From: Pyrinomonadaceae bacterium
GTDB taxonomy: Bacteria > Acidobacteriota > Blastocatellia > Pyrinomonadales > Pyrinomonadaceae
Length of the DNA stretch: 39,089 bases
Reading direction: 5' to 3'
Assembly (NCBI GenBank): GCA_035263325.1
Contig: DATFRK010000966.1
Coordinates: 1 to 39,089 of the forward strand
Shown: positions 33,893-39,089 of the stretch, in pieces
How positions within the stretch are numbered: the stretch's first letter is position 1
Layout: every line of letters begins with the position of its first letter
Position numbers and translations under genes: made by a program
The notes under the pieces: model-generated
What the model was told of the DNA's origin: nothing
Database searches by the model: none
What the model saw: only the letters and a program-made list of their open reading frames with translations

Positions 33893-35223
33893 TGCGCATC
33901 GTACTCGCTAGTTTCGCATCTTTGCCGACCTCTATTGGTGGCGGTGAAGTGCACCTCTGGCAGGTTGCCAAAGGTTTGCAAGCGAGCGGGAATGAGGTCT
34001 CCGTCTTAACTATTGAACAGGTGGGCGGAAACGAGGTGAGGGTACGCGAGTCTGACTTTGATGGCATAAGGGTCAACTACCTGCAGTTGCCGAAAGGTCC
34101 CTCGATTTATTCCCGGGACTTTCGTCTAACAAAGTGGGCTAGCGAATGGTTACGGGCGGAGAGCGTGGAAGTACTGCATCTCTTCTTGTTCAACCAGCTG
34201 CAGGGCCTAATACCGGCGGCAAATAAGCTTCATATTCCGGTCTGCCTGACCGCGTTGGAATTTAGCTATTTCTGTCGGCGCTACGATCTTATGTACGGAG
34301 GACGCGAGCGCTGCTCACTCGAAAGCCGCGGCGAAAAGTGTGAGCAGTGCATTCTTGAAAGTTACTCGCGGAATCAACGCCTCGTTGCCGGAGTCGCCCG
34401 CACCCTGCCGGCGCGTGCCGAAACTCAGTTGCGACAGACGGTGAAACAAGTATTTGGCGATCGTTTGCCGGCCCTGGGCCAACGAACGATCAGTCACCAG
34501 ATTGAAGCACAACGGCAAAACTTCAACGCGGAAATCGCCGCAGTCATTACGCCGTCGACCGTGATGCGTGAGTTTTACCTGGCGCAGGGAGTATCTGAAG
34601 CAAAGTTGCACTTCATACCCTATGGCAGTGATCTGAGAAGCGATGAAGTGGCCCATCGCAACGGCCACAAGGGACTACGAGTCGGTTACATCGGCCGCCT
34701 CGATCCAAAAAAGGGCGTAGATCTACTCTGCCAGGCGGTTGGAATGTTGCCACGTGAACTTCCGATCGAATTAAACATCTATGGTCCTGCTGAGAACGGT
34801 GACGCTTACGCTGAAGCAATCCGCCAACACGCACGAAATGACGATCGAATCAAGCTCTGCGGCAAACTCGAGCGCGCTGAAGTTGCCAGCACCTACAACG
34901 CGATCGACGTCCTGGCAGTTCCCTCAATCTGGTACGAGAACTCACCGATCACCATCAGCGAATCGTTGAGCATGGGTTGTCCCGTTGTATGCAGCGATAC
35001 TGCCGGCATGACAGACCTGGTGCGCAACGAAGTAAATGGTTTGACCTTTCCGGTCGGCAGCAACCGCGGCCTGGCGATTTGCCTGCGCCGTCTGGCAGAA
35101 GAGCCAGGACTGCTCGGTCGGCTACGAAAAGGTGTGCGTCCAGTGGAAACAACCGGACAAGTGATTGCGCAAATCTTGCAGGTCTACGAGTACGTCACAG
35201 GGCAGGCAGAAGGAACGAGATGA
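33892..35223 (+). CDS. GT4 family glycosyltransferase
   Basis: GTG start sharing 1 nt with the previous stop. The N-terminus MRIVLASFASLPTSIGGGEVHLW is GT4-like. The C-terminal E-x7-E motif is ENSPITISESLSMGCPVV. Confidence 0.85.
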   Translation: MRIVLASFASLPTSIGGGEVHLWQVAKGLQASGNEVSVLTIEQVGGNEVRVRESDFDGIRVNYLQLPKGPSIYSRDFRLTKWASEWLRAESVEVLHLFLFNQLQGLIPAANKLHIPVCLTALEFSYFCRRYDLMYGGRERCSLESRGEKCEQCILESYSRNQRLVAGVARTLPARAETQLRQTVKQVFGDRLPALGQRTISHQIEAQRQNFNAEIAAVITPSTVMREFYLAQGVSEAKLHFIPYGSDLRSDEVAHRNGHKGLRVGYIGRLDPKKGVDLLCQAVGMLPRELPIELNIYGPAENGDAYAEAIRQHARNDDRIKLCGKLERAEVASTYNAIDVLAVPSIWYENSPITISESLSMGCPVVCSDTAGMTDLVRNEVNGLTFPVGSNRGLAICLRRLAEEPGLLGRLRKGVRPVETTGQVIAQILQVYEYVTGQAEGTR

Positions 35224-35876
35224 TCGCCCAAAGTTGGAAAGATCTCTGGTACCTGGCGTGGGCCCCCGCGTTGCGTGGCAATCTCTATCGCCATCGTTTG
35301 TTCAGTGCTGATAACGGCGAGCGAAAACTAAACATCGGTTGTGGCACAAATCAGTTCTCAGGCTGGACAAACATAGACGGCAACTTTCTTCATCGTCCTG
35401 ACATGTGGCTGGATGTCAGGGGCGGACTCCCTTTTTCCGCCGAGAGTGTGAGCGTAATTTATTCATGCCATTTCTTCGAACACCTGCGACTCGAGGAAGT
35501 GAGGTCCTTGCTGCGTGAGTGCCGGCGTACGTTACGGACGAATGGCGGTCTGCGCATCGCCGTACCGAATTTGAAGTCGGCGATAGCGGCGTACCAGGCA
35601 GGAGACCGCGAGTGGTTCAACCCGTTTCCAGAAACGTTTCAAACTTTGGGTGGCCGCTTCTTCAACGACATGCTGTGCGGAGATCAGCATCGCTTGATGT
35701 TCGATTATGACTTCCTCGCAGAGTTACTCACGGAATCTGGCTTTAGTTCAATCCATGAGGCCCGGCGCGGCGAGAGTCGCCTACTGCCGCTTGACGATCC
35801 AGCCCTGAAACAGGAGTTGGCCAGCGACGGTGGTAAGACTCCTGATCCCTGGCTGCTTGCCGAAGCCCTTTCCTGA
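35220..35876 (+). CDS. Class I SAM-dependent methyltransferase (Methyltransf_11-like)
   Basis: The ORF-track start 34977 lies inside the GT4 gene. ATG 35220 forms an ATGA overlap with the GT4 stop. Contains KLNIGCGTNQFSGWTNID and VSVIYSCHFFEHL. Confidence 0.65.
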   Translation: MIAQSWKDLWYLAWAPALRGNLYRHRLFSADNGERKLNIGCGTNQFSGWTNIDGNFLHRPDMWLDVRGGLPFSAESVSVIYSCHFFEHLRLEEVRSLLRECRRTLRTNGGLRIAVPNLKSAIAAYQAGDREWFNPFPETFQTLGGRFFNDMLCGDQHRLMFDYDFLAELLTESGFSSIHEARRGESRLLPLDDPALKQELASDGGKTPDPWLLAEALS

Positions 35877-36727
35877 TGCAACCTTTGCCTTCCCAAGCAA
35901 TCAGCCCCTGTCCCGTCTGTGAGTCGGAAAAAACTGACCTTCGCTACCGGTTAGAGTGGGGCAACGTGGTCCAGTGTCGGCAATGCACTTGTGCGTTTAC
36001 TGAAGGCTGCGATGTCGAGGCTGCAAATCACCAGACGTTTCACAATGGTCAGAGTGACGGAGAGAGTGTGCTTCCGCGGCAATGGGCCCACGAACGCTTG
36101 AGTACGTTGCGGAAGTTTGTAACCGAGGGGACGCTGTTGGAGTTTGGTCCAGGGACTGGTGAGTTTCTGCGGGCGGCGGCAGAGGCTGGATTTCAGGTCA
36201 CCGGTGTGGATCGGTTTCCGCACGTGCGAACGGAAAACAAGCATCCCAGCGTTTCGCTGGTGGAATCGGATGCGCCGAGTTTTATCGCTGCAGAGCCGTT
36301 TAATGTGGTGGCAGCGGTTCATGTGCTCGAACACTTTCGCAATCCCTACGGCCTTCTCGCCGCGGTAAAGAGAAACTTGAAGGAATCAGGTTGGCTGTTA
36401 CTCGAAGTTCCTAACTACGCGTCGTTGAGCCGGGTGATCTCGGGCCGGCGCTGGAATTGCCTGGTTGATTATCACGCGCTTCAGTTTACTCCCGAAAGTT
36501 TGAATAGCTTGCTGCTACGGGCTGGATTCAAGGTCGTATCGTTGGAGTCTGTTGGTTGTAGCACGACGCAACTGGTAGGACTCGGCTTGCCTTCTCTCGG
36601 TCGTCGACTTGGTCTCCCGGTCTCCTACGGTTGGGAGCCGAATGGATCTATTCGACGATTGGCGATGATGGTGGAGAAGAAGTTTGACTGGGGTTGCAAC
36701 CTGCGCTTGGTGGCGCGAAAAGCATGA
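35876..36727 (+). CDS. Class I SAM-dependent methyltransferase with N-terminal Cys4 zinc-ribbon-like motif
   Basis: 283 aa. Has CPVC...CRQC at the N-terminus, motif I LLEFGPGTGEF, then FNVVAAVHVLEHF. The start overlaps the previous stop (TGATG). Confidence 0.7.
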   Translation: MQPLPSQAISPCPVCESEKTDLRYRLEWGNVVQCRQCTCAFTEGCDVEAANHQTFHNGQSDGESVLPRQWAHERLSTLRKFVTEGTLLEFGPGTGEFLRAAAEAGFQVTGVDRFPHVRTENKHPSVSLVESDAPSFIAAEPFNVVAAVHVLEHFRNPYGLLAAVKRNLKESGWLLLEVPNYASLSRVISGRRWNCLVDYHALQFTPESLNSLLLRAGFKVVSLESVGCSTTQLVGLGLPSLGRRLGLPVSYGWEPNGSIRRLAMMVEKKFDWGCNLRLVARKA

Positions 36728-37722
36728 TGACTGAGCGCGAAGCGCTGGATGTGTCGGTGGTGGTGGTCACCTACAATCGTGAGGAGAGTCTGTGCACCAC
36801 TCTGCGTTGCCTCGTTAGTCAGCAGCCGGCCCCGCGAGAAATCCTGGTAGTCGATCAGAGTCAGCAGCATGAGACGACCACGGAACGGTTTTTGGATCAG
36901 TTAATCGACAGTGGACAAATAAACTATTTGCAGCAGGCCGAACCCAATGCTCAGCGGGCCAGGAATACCGCGATACGGGAAGCGTCAGGCAGTGTTCTGC
37001 TTTTTGTTGATGATGATATTTCGGCCGGGCCCGACCTGGTGGGCAAGCACTGGCAGAATTATGTTGCGGATACCGAGCTGGCAGCCGTTTGCGGTTTCTA
37101 CACGGAGCCCGGCGAATCGCCGATTGACTTCTTTCCGTCTGAAAGCCAGGACCCCGTGGCCGGTTGGATCTACTTCCCACACTGTTACACGCGGCGAACC
37201 TCGTGTCACTCGCTGGCGACTTGCAACGGATCAATTCGCAGGGAAGTGGCGATTCGTATCGGAGGTTTTGACGAGAACTACACCTACACGCATCTGGACG
37301 ATACCGACTTTTCCGCGCGACTGAAACAGTTGGGTGCGAAAGCCATCCATGATCCGGAAGCACACCTGGTCCACTTAAAGGAGATGCGAGGCGGTAAGCG
37401 TCCGGGTAGGGTCAACGAGTATGTGATCGCCGACAGCAATCGCTGGTACACGTGGTGCTACTTCTTTTGGATGAACTTTCGTTGGCAGGGTCGCAGCGAG
37501 ATTTTGCGACGGCTGCGTCGTTGTGTGTTTCGTCGAGTCAATGTTGTACGACCATGGTATTTGCTGCTGGCGCTGGGCCATTTTATAGCTGGCGCCACGA
37601 GGGCAATGAAGGTAATTCGTGGCGGACGGAAGTTGGGGTTTCCTCTCGCGAGCAATAGAGAACCCGAAGCGGTAGCGACGGGATGGCCCGGTCAAATAAG
37701 GAATGAACGCGCGAAATTATAG
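36724..37722 (+). CDS. GT2 family glycosyltransferase (3' end runs into a REP-like element)
   Basis: ATG 36724 forms an ATGA overlap with the previous stop; the ORF-track start 36694 is over-extended. Contains VSVVVVTYNREESL and LLFVDDDI (DxD). The last ~22 codons (NREPEAVATGWPGQIRNERAKL) are encoded by the palindromic element 37655..37755. Confidence 0.8.
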   Translation: MMTEREALDVSVVVVTYNREESLCTTLRCLVSQQPAPREILVVDQSQQHETTTERFLDQLIDSGQINYLQQAEPNAQRARNTAIREASGSVLLFVDDDISAGPDLVGKHWQNYVADTELAAVCGFYTEPGESPIDFFPSESQDPVAGWIYFPHCYTRRTSCHSLATCNGSIRREVAIRIGGFDENYTYTHLDDTDFSARLKQLGAKAIHDPEAHLVHLKEMRGGKRPGRVNEYVIADSNRWYTWCYFFWMNFRWQGRSEILRRLRRCVFRRVNVVRPWYLLLALGHFIAGATRAMKVIRGGRKLGFPLASNREPEAVATGWPGQIRNERAKL

Positions 37723-37755
37723 AGCATCCCGTCGCTGCCGCTCCGGGTTCTCTAT
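37655..37755. repeat. REP-like palindromic element, ATAGAGA...GGTAGCGA...GGATG family (copy 2)
   Basis: 37655..37685 is atagagaacccgaagcggtagcgacgggatg. The reverse complement of 37725..37755 is atagagaacccggagcggcagcgacgggatg (29 of 31 identical). It shares the atagaga ends, the ggtagcga core, ggatg and a loop cggtcaa with copy 1 at 11989..12097. Confidence 0.7.
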
Positions 37756-37764
37756 CGCTAATAC

Positions 37765-39089
37765 ATGCACGTCCTGATGCTCACAATTGGTTATCCGCCC
37801 GAACAGGTGGGTGGGACCGAAGTTTACGTTGCCGGACTGGTCGAAGCACTGAAGCAACAGGGCCATTCCTGTGACGTTGCTTACGTTCAGGCGGTGGATA
37901 ATCCTGCGGCAGTAGACGTCCATCTAGTCACTCGCATGCATGAAGAGACGCCGGTCCACGTCATCGAGGTCAACGCGGTCACGCAGCAACTCGAGTTCCT
38001 GATCTTCGACCCAAAGTTAAGGAGCAAACTCATTGCTGAGTTCTGCAAGGTTGTTGAGGAAGTACAGCCTGACGTGATCCATGTTCATCCTCTTCAACTC
38101 GGGTTCGAGTCATACCTGATCGAAGAATTGAATCGCCGGGGACACAGAGTAGTGCTCACTTTTCACTCCAGCACTACTACCTGCGCCCGCGGCGACTTGA
38201 TCTACATGGGCAAGCAGGTATGCGACGGGTTGGTGCGCCAGGATCGTTGCACAAAGTGTCTTTACCACTGGAAATCAGTTCCTGCTCCGCTGGCCGCCGC
38301 ACTCAGCAAGACTCCGGTGAGTTGGTTTCGCCGGCTCCATTCGCTACTTGGGCCTGCGGGAGCCGGTAAAAAGCTGCGCTCTTTTCTGTCAGTGCCGCTC
38401 ATCATTCAAGAACGGCGCCGGGCCTGGCAGCGCACGATCAGCAGTAGCCACCGTGTGGTGGCGGTTTGCGAGTGGGTGCGAGACATAATCATCAAGAACG
38501 GTGGGCCACGCGAGAAGATCGACTTCTCCCGGCATGGATTGAGGTTCGGCGCCGAACAAACAAACGGGAACATGCACTCCGGTGTAGCCCGATTTGGTTA
38601 CCTGGGCCGGATCAGTCCGGAGAAGGGGATTGGACCACTCGTCAATGTACTGGCCCAAATGGACCGGCAACACCAGTTTGAATTTGAGTTCTGCAGCTCA
38701 ACCTTCAAGAGTCGGAACCGGCGACCCGAAGAAGAGATGTTGGTGAATTCCATCTATCGTTTGGCGGAAAAAGACTCGCGGGTCCGCGTACTAGACGGTG
38801 TAACTGACAGGCAACTGCGGGGAGTCCTGGGCAAGTGGGATGCTTTGGTGGTCCCATCGCTTTGGCTGGAGTCGGGACCACAGGTCGTTTACGAATCATT
38901 TGCAGCCCACACACCTGTGTTGGGAAGTCGCCTGGGTGGCATAGCTGAACTGGTGCGTGATGGAGAGACCGGGTTTCTTTGCGAACCCGACAGTGAGATG
39001 GAGTGGCTGAAGCTGTTGCGACGTTGCGTTGAACGTCCCGCAGATTTGCGCGAGCTCCGACGCAAAATTCCTCCAGTGCGTACTACGAA
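37765..39089 (+). CDS. GT4 family glycosyltransferase, C-terminally truncated by the window edge
   Basis: Absent from the ORF track (no stop in the window). ATG 37765, with 441 codons open to the end by my manual translation: MHVLMLTIGYPPEQVGGTEVYVAGLVEALKQQGH ... RFGYLGRISPEKG ... the E-x7-E motif ESGPQVVYESFAAHTPVL ... VRDGETGFL. Confidence 0.8.
   Translation, partial: MHVLMLTIGYPPEQVGGTEVYVAGLVEALKQQGHSCDVAYVQAVDNPAAVDVHLVTRMHEETPVHVIEVNAVTQQLEFLIFDPKLRSKLIAEFCKVVEEVQPDVIHVHPLQLGFESYLIEELNRRGHRVVLTFHSSTTTCARGDLIYMGKQVCDGLVRQDRCTKCLYHWKSVPAPLAAALSKTPVSWFRRLHSLLGPAGAGKKLRSFLSVPLIIQERRRAWQRTISSSHRVVAVCEWVRDIIIKNGGPREKIDFSRHGLRFGAEQTNGNMHSGVARFGYLGRISPEKGIGPLVNVLAQMDRQHQFEFEFCSSTFKSRNRRPEEEMLVNSIYRLAEKDSRVRVLDGVTDRQLRGVLGKWDALVVPSLWLESGPQVVYESFAAHTPVLGSRLGGIAELVRDGETGFLCEPDSEMEWLKLLRRCVERPADLRELRRKIPPVRTT

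Noticed and set aside
1-39089. Search for a CRISPR array, a transposase/integrase/IS element, prophage genes or a recognisable defence system (restriction-modification, toxin-antitoxin, Abi, CBASS-type enzymes)
   Set aside because: None was recognised. All repeats are isolated palindromes rather than repeat-spacer arrays. The only nuclease-like gene is the small GxxExxY cargo. The BlaI/BlaR1 and LuxR/AraC genes are ordinary regulators.

Overview
This is a 39.1-kb chromosomal segment. Its gene content (a CarboxypepD_reg-type outer-membrane protein, a BlaI/BlaR1 paralogue pair, a GxxExxY cassette and many intergenic palindromes) suggests Acidobacteriota or a similar soil lineage; this is inference only. 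All family calls come from reading motifs in the translations, since no HMM or BLAST search could be run. I support 31 protein-coding genes. Two are truncated by the window edges and are missing from the ORF track: 1..203 (-) and 37765..39089 (+). One small ORF is low confidence. I found no rRNA, tRNA, CRISPR array, transposase or integrase.

Layout:
- 1-10.4 kb: a secreted tandem GlcG/HbpS-like protein is transcribed divergently from an outer-membrane beta-barrel gene and a ~10-haem c-type cytochrome fused to an LVIVD-type beta-propeller. A GxxExxY (PD-(D/E)XK-like) gene bounded by 40-bp inverted repeats sits in the short spacer between the barrel and cytochrome genes. An amidohydrolase follows.
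- 10.5-23.2 kb: mostly housekeeping or sensory genes. These are two membrane proteins, a YfcE-like phosphoesterase, a BlaR1/BlaI pair with two palindromic operators, an AraC regulator with a CocE/NonD hydrolase, a methyltransferase, mutS and gmhA.
- 23.5-39.1 kb: one long co-directional, partly overlapping polysaccharide operon. It contains a LuxR-type regulator, a small basic ORF, wza, wzc (BY-kinase), wzm, wzt (with a C-terminal CBM-like domain), an aminotransferase, a GNAT, 2 GT2, 2 GT4 and 3 methyltransferases.

Most interesting candidates:
- The barrel plus multihaem-cytochrome-propeller module.
- The inverted-repeat-bounded GxxExxY cassette and at least four families of palindromic intergenic elements, one of which supplies the 3' end of a glycosyltransferase ORF.
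- The hybrid Wza/Wzc + Wzm/Wzt export locus.

Several ORF-track starts appear to be over-extended. Corrected starts are given in the features.
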